Positions 1 through 13,255 of a DNA stretch of 64,000 bases are shown here, piece after piece. The notes beneath the pieces were generated by a model that saw only the letters and a list, made by a program, of their open reading frames with translations, did no database searches and was not told the DNA's origin. The translations under genes were made by a program, and so were the position numbers. Every line of letters begins with the position of its first letter. Within the stretch, counting starts at the first letter, position 1. The stretch comes from Rhynchobatus australiae (Eukaryota), in contig JAUZTB010000027.1 of NCBI GenBank assembly GCA_034780895.1, forward strand, positions 37,163,681-37,227,680, given 5' to 3'.

Positions 1-168
1 TGATGCCTTATCCAGGACAAAGACCTCTGATACAACCCTTGTAGCAGCCAGTTACCCATTCTAGGTCATTAACCCCATCAGAGCACAGTAGGATTTCCAG
101 GCCATTATTATCCATTGTGTATTCCAGATTTACCTTCCTCACCTGCTATAACATTAGAAGTGACTCAC

Positions 169-373
169 CATTGGGGTCCACAAGGTAGTCAAACATTGTT
201 TCTTCACCAAGATAAGAAAGTTCCGGCATATCTAATTTGATAGAAGCATGATTTCTCAGCCAATATTCCATCTTTCTTCTATCATCCAGCTCTAGAGTGG
301 CACCAACACTCCACATGAGGCCAAAGGTAAATAACCGTTCCAGTATCTGTCGGTTGATCTCGCCCGTCTGCTC
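169..373 (-). CDS. DNAH5: DNAH5-like exon (~ex45), 205 bp, EQTGEINRQILERLFTFGLMWSVGATLELDDRRKME...TMFDYLVDPN
   Basis: Manual translation; WS.GA.LE and FDY.V motifs; GTGAGT donor. Confidence 0.92.
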
Positions 374-1344
374 CTAAAATGTCATGTAGAGTGCCATGAT
401 ACAATAGGGATTAGTTTCAATTTATAACGGAGATGCAGTAACATACTCACCGTGCACCAATTCTAAAACTGCAAGGTCACCCATCCAGCCACTCCTATTA
501 AAATCACTAACTCCAGTTGGCCATATTAAACACGAGTGCCTGCCTCTAACTGCCCCACTCCTTCAGGAGGGCATCATACCCCACATCTCCTATATTCTGA
601 TAATAAATACATGATGAAAGAGTTCAAAGACAATAAGATGAAAAAAAAATCCCTTAAGATTTTTCCCATTAAATGATCGTAGTGTCCAGAAAATTAACCT
701 TTAATCTCTAGAAACTCTAGGGCCATCCTGAAGGGTTGACAACACTGCTGGTAGTCCAGTTTGCNNNNNNNNNNNNNNNNNNNNNNNNNNNNNNNNNNNN
801 NNNNNNNNNNNNNNNNNNNNNNNNNNNNNNNNNNCCTCTATTGATACAAGTGAGCAATAAACATTCGTTTATGAACAGGTGAATTTCTTAACAATTTTAA
901 CAATGGATTAACTCCCATAAAGGATACTTGATTTATTTTTGATAGTAATACTTAATGCTTCAGAGCTACATCATTCTTCTGAAATAGAGCATAAATGTGC
1001 TATGAGCAAAGAAATTATCGTCATCCACTGCTACACAAAATTTTGAGCAAGATCAGAATGCAGTTCTAGAAAATTTTATGCATAATTTTAGCCCAATGAA
1101 ATGGATATTTTGCTGGACTTTGGACATGCCATTTTCAGAAGGTTCACCAATACCTTTGGAAAGTTGCTGATCCGTTTCCACATAATGGGATCATTTGACA
1201 GGCACAGAGCATGGTCTCTTTAATCAATTAGTCTTTGTGGGATTTAGATTAAATGGTCAGTATTGAAATTCTTGTTACACTTAGTTGGCTACTTGCAGCA
1301 GGCCATGTTTTTCACATGCCTGAAACCAGGCTGTTGAAACTATC

Positions 1345-1680
1345 GGTCATGGGAGATTATCAGGCAGACAGAGAAAAAGATTCAAGGATGTCCTCATACC
1401 ATCCTTGAAGAATTGCAACATCCCCACCACAATGACCACTCAAAGTGGAGGAGGAGCATTCGGGGTGGTGTTGAGAACTTTAGTCTGCTTCCACTGTATG
1501 ACCCTGAAGTCTTCTGTTAGCAGAGGAAGGAGGACACCACCCCACAAACTACCCATCCCATCAGCCACTACCTGTGGAAGAGTCAAGGACTTCCACATGG
1601 GCCACATTAGCCTCCTTACAATCCAGAAAACCAAATGGAAAAAGGGCATATTCTATCCCGATAGACAGCCTAAGAGGAAA
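1345..1680 (+). mobile_element. RTE-clade LINE 3' fragment (decayed)
   Basis: Relic KRFKDVL..SLKNCNIP and TCGRV..HI.L C-terminal motifs; 3' end homologous to the copy at 39.8-40.4 kb. Confidence 0.65.
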
Positions 1681-1684
1681 ATAC

Positions 1685-1861
1685 CTTGGGTGGTAGGAGA
1701 CCTTGTAACATATTAATGCTCTGCATAATGACAAAGGCTTCAAGCATCTCCATCTTTTGATTTAAGGACTGTATGCTAAAATGATAAAGCTCTGGGAACA
1801 CAGCTGCATACAACTCCTTGAGAATTTCAGCTTCATGTTGCGAGCGTAACATTAACCAACG
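1685..1861 (-). CDS. DNAH5: DNAH5-like exon (~ex44), 177 bp, [18 protein letters not shown]...[13 protein letters not shown]
   Basis: ORF 1670-1852; canonical splice sites. Confidence 0.93.
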
Positions 1862-2275
1862 CTATGAAAAGAGAATAATAATTAAGTTCCATGTACAGTT
1901 ATTGGATGCTTAACAACAGAGAAGAGCTTTATGTCATATTATTACATTTTTTCCTGCATCAGTCAGAAAATTAAATCTCTTAAAGACCCTCCATGCTTAC
2001 ACAAATTCCCTCATTACTACAAAAACTTTGTTCAGTTTCACAGAGCTTTGTACAATATACAATGATATAAAATAAAGATAATCTCTGACAACCTATCAAG
2101 AGAATGCACAAGCCCAACTTTGTACTTGTACAGGCATTTTTGGATTTTCACATTTATTTTGAAATAATAATCTATATATGTTTAGTATAAAGATAAACAT
2201 TACCAGGTATTTCATTGTTCTATCTGTATGCCTCAAAAGGATTTTCTGATTACTGTTTAAGTTGCAGTCACTGAC

Positions 2276-2625
2276 CTCCAAAATAGGCCTCCAGTCAAGT
2301 ACAGAGGAACTCATGTAAACCATCCCATTCCTGGAGACAGTAGCAGGAGAAGCATTGTCAATGTTATGAGGCTCAAAAACTNNNNNNNNNNNNNNNNNNN
2401 NNNNNNNNNNNNNNNNNNNNNNNNNNNNNNNNNNNNNNNNNNNNNNNNNNNNNNNNNNNNNNNNNNNNNNNNNNNNNNNNNCAAAAACTATCTTGCAATT
2501 TGAGGCCATTGGAATACGATCTCCATTTGCCAAAGTGAGAGTCTTATTGTCATCAAGAACGGAATTAAGATTTTCTATCCAAATAGCATCAACAGGACCA
2601 TCCAATACCAGCCAAATATGTTCAC
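2276..2625 (-). CDS. DNAH5: DNAH5-like exon (~ex43), [37 protein letters not shown]...[12 protein letters not shown]; 242 bp after collapsing the false gap
   Basis: AAA2 motifs; 8-bp overlap across 100 N. Confidence 0.94.
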
Positions 2626-3519
2626 CTACAGCATTAATACAGAATTAAATGAACAGAATACTTGATACCAATTTCAACAATGTAATAGTAAGGCAAATAA
2701 CTGCTGGAATCCTTACAATCTTCATAAATATGGATGCTGCTTTATTCCCTGGAGAAATATTTATGCTGATAATACCAGAGATAAAATATTAATATTTTTT
2801 ATAGAAATTAATGCTTTTCATCTCCTTAGGCAAAATTACATAGGAGTATCAAAAACAGAAGCAGGAGTAGGCCATTTAGTCCCTTCTATGTGCTCTGCCA
2901 TTCAATTTGATCTTTTAACTCAATGTCATTTTCCAATACTAATCCAAAATCCCTCAAGATCCAAAATCTATCAATCTCTTTCTAGAATAAACCCAGCAAC
3001 TGAGACTCAACAGGCCTCTAAGTGAATCATCTCTGGTCTGAACGGTCAACTGTTCTTAGGGAAAAATCACACCACAACCCCTCCATCCAAGAATCAAAAA
3101 GGACAGCAGAATCCCTCTGCATATTTTCTTTCTCTCTCTCTTTTCTGCTACACTATTGCAAGTTTCCCTTTGTAGATGGGGCTGGACTGAAGTTCCAAAC
3201 ACTCCTTCAAAACTAGCTGCATGAAAAAGAGGATAGGATAGCACTATCCACAATGTTCTGCTGCTCTGCATTCTCTGCACTGATTCCATTGGATCAGCAT
3301 CCTGACATTCTTATCCAATACAAAATAGTCTGAAAAAAGTGAGGTGCACAAAGTGATATTTGATAATGATTTGGACTTAAAAGAACATTTACAATGTAAT
3401 ATAAATATACTTTGCTCAGTTGAAGCAGAAATTTTAATTTGTCAACTAGTCAAGCCTTTCGTGCTTCATTCTGGTGGAGAAGGTGATTCTTCATTCTGCT
3501 TCCCAAGACATTCTCTTAC

Positions 3520-3666
3520 CTTTCTTGGCCCTGAGAGTTTTTCTCCACAATACTGAAAATATTCCATCAGTCCAGTCATTGGTGGCTACATCCAAACGGC
3601 CAAACATCTGAGCAGCTGTAATTGCCTTGGNNNTCATCCGCATCTCTCTGTGAGGCTGACCACAAT
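3520..3666 (-). CDS. DNAH5: DNAH5-like exon (~ex42), 147 bp, [40 protein letters not shown]
   Basis: ORF 3491-3697; WTDGIF motif. Confidence 0.95.
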
Positions 3667-4819
3667 CTGGATAGCAAAGGCAACAGGTTAGCTTCAAGAA
3701 CTTAAGGAAGAAGTTACTGTCTTCCAGCAGTGGTAGTGACTGCAGTACAGGTAAAATAGAGCAGGCTTATGGGAAACTGATTGACACAAGTCATAAGACT
3801 AAACTTTCTACCACTAGGGCTGGATTAAATTCTAGACCATGCTGATGTGCCAGCAAAAATACAGAGTGAAATAAGTTTGACAGCTCAAATGAATTTCTTA
3901 CAGCAATAACTTAACAGAATTTAACTTCTTCATGATTCAGTACAAGCATCAACAGAATGATCAATGTGGAGATAAAATAAGGCATTTCAATCGCATAATG
4001 GAGGGGACTCTCTCTATGTCCACATACACTGCACAAGACTAGAACCCATGGTTGTCTGAGCGATGAGCGTTAGGAAAGCATTCTACTCATGTACCCACTA
4101 AGCTATTGGTATGGATAATAAGACATACTGAGAGGATTTTGGCAACTTTTCTTGTTCTTAAGGATCTAGCCATCAACGTGTTGTTGAAGTGCTTCAGTGA
4201 AGTGCCTGGCTTCTGTTGCTCAGATCTGTGGAAAACTGACTGTGAAGTACAACAAAATGTTTCTTTAGATCAATCTCAGAAAGTTTGCTCCTGGTAGATT
4301 GGAGGGACTGCCAGAAAAAGACAGGTGAACCAAAATACGTAATCAAACCTTGCTTGTTTACCTCGGTGCAGGCAGAATGCAAATTATTCTTGAATAGGAT
4401 TATAGCATCCAGCCAGCTTTGAGTGCGCTGGTAAGTCAATTAGTTGCTCAGCAAAGAGGGAAAAGTGAGAAGATTTACTATTTTGAAAATCCCTAGCACA
4501 AAGCATTACTTGAAGTAAGAATGTGTTTCTTAAAGTAGCTCATTGTGGATTCAGAAAATAGTTGAATTGATTACAGCAACAAACGCACAAATATCTACCA
4601 TAGCACAACATGGGAGAAAGTGAGTTTGATGCTTCTCCAATGCTACAATAAAGGCTTTACTAAAAGGAGGGATGTGATTTACCTGCTGGAGACCAGGAGG
4701 TTTGGCAGGCACACACTCTGAAGGTGATGGGAAGCGTTAGATTAAAGGTGAACACTCACAGCTAAGTGGTGAGGATAAAGTGCTGAAAAATCTTCATTGA
4801 CCCACATTTTCAGGATCTG

Positions 4820-5770
4820 GGCATCACTAGCAAGGCTGGCATTTATGCCCATACTGATTTGTTCTTGAGAAGGTGGTAGTGAGCCACCTTCTTGAACCAC
4901 CAGTCCTTCTGGTAAAAGTATTCACATAGTGCTGTTAGAAGGGAGTTCCAGGACTTTGAACCACAAGTGATGAAGTAACAGCCATACATTTCCAAGTCAG
5001 CGTAGTGTGCCACTTGGCAGGAAACCCGCTGGTGATGGTGGTCCCATGCACCTGCTGTCTTAGACCTTCTTGGTGGTGCAGGACGTGGATTTAGGAGATG
5101 CAGATGGAGTGGCCTGTGTGAATAACCCAGTGCATTTTGTGGATAATACACACTCCAGCCAACATGCACCAGCGGTGTGGGGAGTGAATATTTAATGCAA
5201 GTGATGGAGAGCCAATCAAGCGGGCTGCTTTGTCCTAGGTGTTGTCAAGCTTCTTGAGTTATTGGTGCTTCATTCATCCAGCCAAGTAGAAAGTATTCCA
5301 TTGTGATCCTTGTAAATGGTGGAGAGGCCTTGTGCTGTATCAAGAGGCGAATCACAGAATACCCAGCCTCTGATCTGCAGCTGTTACTTATTTAGCTGGT
5401 TCAGTTGACTTTCTGATAAATGAAGGTCAAAGGCCTGTGGTTAGACTATTGTTGGTGATGGTCACTGCCTGGCACTTCTGTGGAACAAATGTAACTTGCC
5501 ACTCATCAGCCCACATCATCTACATTCTGCTGCATGCAAGCATGGGCTGCTTCACTTGCTGAGGAATTGTGAATGAAATTGAGCATTGTGCAATCATCAG
5601 CAATCATCCCCACTCCTGACCTAATTTTAGAAGGAAAGGCACAGGTCAAGCAACTGAAGATGTTTAGCTCAGGAACATTGCCGTGAGGAATTCCAGCAGT
5701 AATGTCCTGGACTGGGATGATTGACAATCTCAACTATCTTCCTTTGTAGGAGGTATGACTCCAGCCACTT
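4820..5770 (-). mobile_element. Decayed CR1/L2-group LINE RT fragment
   Basis: ORF 5506-5733 keeps PQG-like and (F)ADDC RT motifs (IPHG...VGMIADDCTM). Confidence 0.65.
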
Positions 5771-6796
5771 TGATGCCCATTGCCTTCCGTTTTAATTTAT
5801 CATGTATCTGTCCATTTTCATTTGCCTGAGTATGACCTCAGGAAGTTTGTTGCCAATCTCCTCATTGCTTACCATGTTCCCATATTTTGTATCCCCTGCA
5901 GATTTTCAACATTTGCTCTGAATACCCTCTATGAAGACATACTGAAAAGAGTAGTGATCCTAATTTGATCCCTGGAGATCTCTATATTATACAGATTTCT
6001 GATGTGAAAAAAAATAAAATGGATGTTGCTCCATTCTGCATCCATCCAGCCTTTTCCTTTTATTCCATTGGGCTTTACTTTTGATAAATCTATTGTGAAA
6101 ATCTTCCCGACTTAGTGTAAGCTCTTAAACTCATTTTCTCTGATATGCTGTATGAATTGTGGTGCGATGTTAAGTAGCTTTTCTGCACATTCCTCTTCCT
6201 AATTAGTGTTGAGGAAAATATATGATAGAATCAAATATATTCTTTTATGCATTCCCAAATGTATTCTTTTATGTTNNNNNNNNNNNNNNNNNNNNNNNNN
6301 NNNNNNNNNNNNNNNNNNNNNNNNNNNNNNNNNNNNNNNNNNNNNNNNNNNNNNNNNNNNNNNNNNNNNNNNNNNNNNNNNNNNNNNNNNNNNNNNNNNN
6401 NNNNNNNNNNNNNNNNNNNNNNNNNNNNNNNNNNNNNNNNNNNNNNNNNNNNNNNNNNNNNNNNNNNNNNNNNNNNNNNNNNNNNNNNNNNNNNNNNNNN
6501 NNNNNNNNNNNNNNNNNNNNNNNNNNNNNNNNNNNNNNNNNNNNNNNNNNNNNNNNNNNNNNNNNNNNNNNNNNNNNNNNNNNNNNNNNNNNNNNNNNNN
6601 NNNNNNNNNNNNNNNNNNNNNNNNNNNNNNNNNNNNNNNNNNNNNNNNNNNNNNNNNNNNNNNNNNNNNNNNNNNNNNNNNNNNNNNNNNNNNNNNNNNN
6701 NNNNNNNNNNNNNNNNATTTTCTAAGTTAATGTACCATATATTACTAATAACTGCCATTACAATTTCTATCTGGTTGGTAATACATCAATTCCTAC

Positions 6797-6950
6797 CTGT
6801 CATAGCCTTCATGAGAGTGTGAATGCAGGTTGTCTTTCCAGCACCACTTGGGCCCAATGTCATCATACCATGTCGAACGCGCTGAGTTTCAAATAACTGA
6901 ATAACCTTCAGTTTCCAGGGTACATGTTTCACTAGACCTCCATCCTCAAT
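6797..6950 (-). CDS. DNAH5: DNAH5-like exon (~ex41), 154 bp, AAA2 P-loop: [23 protein letters not shown]
   Basis: ORF 6786-7016; Walker A P2. Confidence 0.96.
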
Positions 6951-7214
6951 CTGAAAAAGTTTATGGTACTTGAGTAATTCCTGTGCTCCAATTATATTGA
7001 TAATATTTATTTTCAATACTTAAAAAGTTTAAACCCGTCAAATATTTACTCCTCTAAGTCCTCCATTCCTCCAATTTTGTTCTCTATTCAGAACTTTTTA
7101 TAATTGTGTCAGTTCCAGTAGGTTCATTTAGTTTTTGTTCTCTGTAAGAGAATATTATCAAAAACTACTCTAGTGCCCTTGTGAACTATTTGAATTTATG
7201 TGAACGACCAATAC

Positions 7215-7322
7215 CTGTTTGTCAATAGCTGCTTCAANNNNNNNNNNNNNNNNNNNNNNNNNNNNNNNGCCAGGAAATAAATCCTCTATCAGGCTAAGGA
7301 ACAGTGGTTCATCCTCATCAAT
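7215..7322 (-). CDS. DNAH5: DNAH5-like exon (~ex40), 108 bp including 31 N, IDEDEPLFLSLIEDLFPG...EAAIDKQ
   Basis: D.PLF..LI.DLFP motif; canonical splice sites. Confidence 0.92.
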
Positions 7323-7774
7323 CTAGAACCAGATACCAGAAAGTGAGAAAGAGTGAAGACATGCTTTAATAGCACATAGACAAGTCCCACACTGTTAAGA
7401 AAATTTTCAGATCAGGTACAGCAGCTTTAAATATGAAAACAAACTGCAGGCCATTTGTCACACAAGGCTTTAGGTAGGAAAAAAAACAGTAAAGATAGTG
7501 TAGTTGTTAATGAATGCTTTTTGGACTAGAGGGGTATAAACCTTTTCTGTATACTTTCACAATCATACATTCAAATCTTGAACCTATTTGGAGTACATTT
7601 GCATAAAAAGTTGTTCTGAAATGCTATACGAAGTTGGCCACAGATTGTTCCCAGAATCTTTTGCATGAAAATGTTATGGTTTGCTCACCATTTATCCAAA
7701 GTGATTATGTTGTTTTCATATATTTTCTCCCTCGGCCACTTACCTCTGACCAACATTCACTGATGTAAACAAAC

Positions 7775-9501
7775 AATGATTCCCAGTTGCAGATGGAATT
7801 TAATCCAGAAAAGTGTGAGGTAATGCACTTTGGGAGGTCAAATTCTGTTTGGACACATTGAGTAAATGGCAGGAACCTTGGGAGCTCTGATGTACAGAGA
7901 GACCTTGGGTGCAAGTCCATAGCTCCTTGGAAGTGACAACATAGATCACTCTCCATACACACGTGCGTGTGGCTAAGCACAGCTCCAATGCCATCTTCAA
8001 ATTCACCAACGGCACTAAAGTTGTTGGATAAATCACAGGTGAAGATGAGTCAGCTTACCGGAGCAAGATAGGATACCTGGTTGAGTGGTGCCACAACAAC
8101 CACTCAATGTCAGCAAAACTAAAGAGCTGGTTGTTGACTTCAGGAAGGGGAAGGAAGGCAAACATGCGCCAATCGGTGGTGAAGGGAGTCAGCAGCTTTG
8201 AATTCCTGGGCATTAACATATTGGACGACCTGTCCTGGGCCCAGCACAGAGATACATTCATAAGGAAAGCGCGGCAGCATCTTTACTTTCTTAGGAGGTT
8301 AAGGAGGTTCTGCATGTTACTGAACACTCTAACGAACTTCTACAAATGTACTGTTGAAACTATGCTGACTAGTTGCGTCACGGTCTGGTACGGTAATTCC
8401 AATGCACAGGAATGCAAGAAGCCACAGAGAGTACTGGATTCTGCCCAATACATCACAGGCACATCCCTCCCCACTATCGGAAGTATCTGTAGGAGGCGGT
8501 GCCTCAAGGCGGCAACATCTATTATCAAAGATCCCCACCATCCAGGCTATGCCATCTTTTCACAGCTACCATCAGGCAGAAGGTAAAGAAGCCATAAGCC
8601 CTACACCACCTGGTTCAAGAACAGCTACTTCCCTTCAACTATTTGGTTCTTGAATCAACCGGCAAAACCCTAATCACCACTACAGTTTAGCAACACTATG
8701 ATCACTCTGATCACTTTCAGCTAAAATGGACTTTGTTTTCTTTTGTTCTAATTGTGTTTCTTTCTTTTAAAATTTGTGTATAATTTATATTTTTCTTGTG
8801 AATGCTGGTTATATTATGCTATGTGCCTGTGGTGCTTCTGCAAGTAAGCTTTTCATTGCACCTGTGCATACATGCACTCGTGCATATGACAATAAATTCA
8901 ACTTTGACAGGTGGATGGGATAGTGAAAAAGGCATTTGGTATGCTTGGTATGCATAGGCTGAGCACCAAGTATAAGAGTTAGGCTGTCATGTTGCAGTTG
9001 TACAAAGCATTGGTTACAACAGTATTGTGTATAATTCTGGTTACAACACTACAGGAAGGAGGTGGTAGCAGAGAGAGTGCAGAAGAGATTCACCGGGATC
9101 TTGCCTGTTATGAAGTAGGTTTATTCTCACTGGAACACAGGAGATCGAGGGGTGGCCTGAAAGAGGTTTACAAGATTATGAGGGATATAAAAAGGATAGA
9201 CAGTCAGATTCTTTTCCCCCAAGGAAAGGGAGTCTCGAACTAGAGCGCACATGTTCAAGGTGAAAGGGGAGAAATTAAAAGGAGATTTGAGGGCTAACGT
9301 TTTTACCCAGAGGGTGGTGAATATTTGGAATGAGTTGCCAGAGGAAGTACTGGAAGCAGATACTATTACAATGTTTAAGAGGCATTTGGAGAGGAAAGGA
9401 GTAGAGGAATAGCGGCCTCATGCAGGCAAAAGGGATTAGCATAGAGAGACATCATGGTCATCATGGACGAGGTAGGTCATAAAGGCCCAGTTCTGTACTG
9501 T
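7775..9501 (+). mobile_element. CR1-type LINE 3' region split by a nested insertion
   Basis: QMEFNPEKCEVMHFG relic at 7788; resumes at ~8909 with MLQLYKALV, GLFSLEHRR.RG.L.EVYKIM and a CR1 tail. Confidence 0.8.
7950..8908 (+). mobile_element. Rex1/Babar-type LINE 3' fragment nested in CR1
   Basis: ORF 8107-8586 with FLGI.I.DDLSW, KARQ.LYFLRRLRRF, VWYGN and LPSGRR; AATAAA-containing tail. Confidence 0.8.
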
Positions 9502-10131
9502 NNNNNNNNNNNNNNNNNNNNNNNNNNNNNNNNNNNNNNNNNNNNNNNNNNNNNNNNNNNNNNNNNNNNNNNNNNNNNNNNNNNNNNNNNNNNNNNNNNN
9601 NCCTTCCAATCATGGCTGTTTTTTTTCTCTCTTCCCTCCTTCCCCCCACCCCCCAATGTCAACATTCCCCTTGACAAAACAGTCACCTTCAACCTTTCCA
9701 TTACCTCTTACTACCAGAATTTCTACAATCCTATTTTTCTTGACAAGGTCCTCAGATGTGGCACAGCCTTCCAGTCACATGCACAATTCTCCTCCACTCC
9801 TCAAGTTAAACCCTTCAGGCCAATTTTCTCCCAGCACACAAGCTAAAGACAACTTTGGCAAGAATCACCAAGATGCTCTCTTAAACTGTGCTGCACCATA
9901 CTTCCTTTTTATACTTTTTGCTCAACAGAATTGACCATTCCATCTCCTCCAACGTTGCTCCCAAGGGCCAGCTCCACGTATGCACATCAATGGCTCAAAC
10001 ATCAATGTTCCACATTGTCATTTCAAGATCATGGTATATTTGCATTTAAAACAGAAAAGCTATCTTATACAATAAAATGGAAAACCTTCCTCAAAGAGCA
10101 ATTAAAGCAAATAACTAGAAAACCGAATAAC

Positions 10132-10266
10132 CAGCTTGGAAAGGTTCATGTCTCGAAGGACTCCCATGACTATCATAGATTCAGTATCTTCAGGCCTGGC
10201 CCGCTTGACAGCTCCGAGCGTTCGTAAAACAGACAAAATATTGCGGAGTCCAAAATCATAATGCAC
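10132..10266 (-). CDS. DNAH5: DNAH5-like exon (~ex39), 135 bp, [18 protein letters not shown]...LRDMNLSKL
   Basis: HYDFGLR sensor-II motif. Confidence 0.96.
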
Positions 10267-10689
10267 CTGAAACAGATAGTAATGATAATGAGGTAGAGGA
10301 AGCTTATAGTGAAATTTAATAAACAATCTGTTTTGTGATCTCAGTTTTGTAGATTTATAAAATAAGGCTTTTAAAAGTTCTGCTGAATTCTACTTTGATC
10401 AAAAGCAAAAATATGCAGAAGCTGGAAAGCTGAAACAAAATCGTTCATCTCCCTAAAATTTCACCTCCTTCAGGCAGTTTGGCTGAGATTAACAAGTCTT
10501 CATCACCCTCTCTCGGAAGGCACCATCAACTTTTGTGCCTTGTTCATATTCCTTTGTCCTTTAGAATCTCCAGAGCCCACTGCTGGCTGGTCCATAGTTA
10601 TCGGTCTGCATCTTTCACAGTTCTTGAACAAAGGTGTTATATTGACAACTTTCCAGTTCTGTGACACAATCCTCACATTCTAATATTTT

Positions 10690-11017
10690 CCTAACACAGG
10701 AGGCTATTCTGCCTATAGTGTCTATACTGGTTCTCAGAATATTCTCATCAATCCAATTCCTTACTTCCCTGTTATCCATTCCCTCTCAGGTGCCCTTCAA
10801 CTCCTCCCTGATTCTCCTGCCACCCACCTACACTTTTACAGCAGCCATTTAACTTACCAGCACATCTCTGTATGTGCAAGGAAACTTGAGTACCCAAGGG
10901 AAATCCATGCAGCCACAGGAAGAATGCACAAATTCAAATGCAGACAGAACCCAAGTTCAAGATTGAAGCATTGTCAGAGGAGCTATGCAGCAACAGCACT
11001 AACTGCCGTGCTACTCT
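10690..11017 (-). mobile_element. V-SINE (HE1-like tRNA-derived SINE), decayed
   Basis: Reverse complement of the V-domain (ggaaact.gag.accc...gaaa.cca.gcag.cacagg.agaa.g..caaa.tc). Confidence 0.7.
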
Positions 11018-11470
11018 GNNNNNNNNNNNNNNNNNNNNNNNNNNNNNNNNNNNNNNNNNNNNNNNNNNNNNNNNNNNNNNNNNNNNNNNNNNNNNNNNNN
11101 NNNNNNNNNNGTACCACATCCTCATCACTGGCTATCCTATTTGTTCCAACCCTTTCTCTTGTACTCATTCATCCTCACCACTCAAGTTTCTTATGAAAAT
11201 CAAGGCATGAAACTCATTTGGTATCTCTGCCATTTGTTTATTCTTTATCATTTTCAATCATTCAAGTTTTTAAAACTCAGTTTCTTGCACCTGTCTTGCT
11301 AAACTCCTTTAAGATTTCCCTTTTGCCAGTTTAATTTAGTCCTTTGATTCTTCTGTTTCCCCTCTATATCTTCATCCTCCCATTGAAATCATTTTGTATT
11401 CTTATGTTTGGACTGGGCCATTCTTTTTAAGATTTCTTGTTAAATCTCATTTTAATTTCTCTGCCCATCA

Positions 11471-11752
<282 letters not shown>

Positions 11753-12179
11753 CTATTAAGTGAAAGAATATCTTTAACTATTAGTTAAATTAGAACTGAT
11801 ATTTCCAGATAAATATTTAAGTATATTGTATTCAATGGTCAAAAACAGATCTGTAAGAGTCACAGTGACTTGTTGTTTGAGTTCTGAACCCTATACAGTT
11901 TTATCCATCTCATTTAAGAGAGCAATGGACTTAATCATTACACCCATGCACTTGTCCACACACGTAGCATCAGTTGGCACATACATGTGTGGATGAAATC
12001 ATGTGAAGGCTAGAATCCCAATCTCATGGAAACTATTTGAAAGTTGCCGAGTCTGGTGTCTGTGTATTGCTGTGGGGCCCTTGTATACAATTACGTGTAG
12101 CTGTTCCTTCATGGTTGGTCAGACCACTATTAAGCTTCAAATGCTCTGATACCCAGTTTCAGTTCACCTTTGAGAGTCA

Positions 12180-13255
12180 ACTGTCAGAGTAAAGATGTGT
12201 TCCCTTGAGGCTCCAAGTTCAAATTAGTTTATGTTATATTCCACAGAACAGTTACAACAATCTCCTAATACACTACATTGGCAACAGTGATGGGATATCT
12301 CTTATCATACAAGTTAATAGATCTTGTTAATAGATACAAGTTAATAATCTATCTTGCTGAAGTGAGACTGACAAATCTGCACCTTAAGAAAGTGTAACAA
12401 ATCAGAAGTGTGAAATCCTTGTTATCAAAGCAAGAACCAACTTCAAAACACTCTGATAAAGCTGAAGGCCTCAGGAAAGATTTCCAAAAACCAAACAGGA
12501 ATGGAATCCATAGAACAAAGCTCTAAAGGAGAGTCAGTAGAGAAAAACAGCACAGGAAAAGAATGATCCAGTGTTAAATTGAAATACAAAGGTGAATTCC
12601 ACTATGCTGAAAGGGGGCAAAGAGTTCATTAACTGTGCAGGTTTCTCCAAAAGGATCCAAACAAGTAAGTGTGTCTGCCAGGATGTCAATAAATATGAAT
12701 TTAATGATGATCATTCATGCAAATTACAGGAAGATCCTGAGGTTGCCCTCATTAAACCAGTGGCATACGAGACTGAAGTTGAGACACAAGACAAATTGAT
12801 ATAACAAGATGATCCCAGGAGATTAAGAAACCTGTACTGTGCCTTAAAGTTGTAAATATGAATATACGTTGATGAATGTAACTAGATCTAAAAGTTCATG
12901 ACTGATATATGTTAACTTACTAGTGTAAGTAAGTTCTTCAGTTTAAAGTGGATATATTCATCTATCTGTACAGGGTTGTAGTTCTTTCTTTTCTTTTAAC
13001 TGGGAACCAGTGTTGTGTAAGTACAATGGTTTATGGCTTGAATATACAAACCCATTATGTATAACTGTTACTTCGATGGGGTTATTATTGATTTAAGATG
13101 TTGTGTCGTATGTCTGACTTAGCAACATTGTGCATACTGTGCTTCGGTTGAGTAAATTGATTGTCACAATAAACATGTTCCCTTGATGCTCCAAGTTCAA
13201 GTTAATTTATGTTATACTTCACAGTATAATTACAAGAAGAACCCAACACACTATG
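12180..13255 (+). mobile_element. Internally deleted Gypsy-like LTR element relic
   Basis: Direct repeats at ~12198-12277 and ~13177-13255; PBS-like TGGCAACAGTGATGGGAT at 12279-12296; 3' LTR starting TGTTGTG at 13011 and containing AATAAA. Confidence 0.6.

Noticed and set aside
1-60. Possible next dynein exon at the window edge
   Set aside because: Translation after the candidate AG meets a stop and does not resemble the expected W.HW segment.
6206-6822. Long ORFs in the track spanning N runs (also at 14.1-15.2, 28.9-29.5, 43.9-45.0, 46.0-46.8 and 56.6-57.3 kb)
   Set aside because: They are artefacts of translating N as X and carry no coding evidence.
8107-8586. 159-aa ORF as a nested host gene
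   Set aside because: Its motifs are those of a Rex/Babar LINE ORF2 C-terminus, and it is 5'-truncated.
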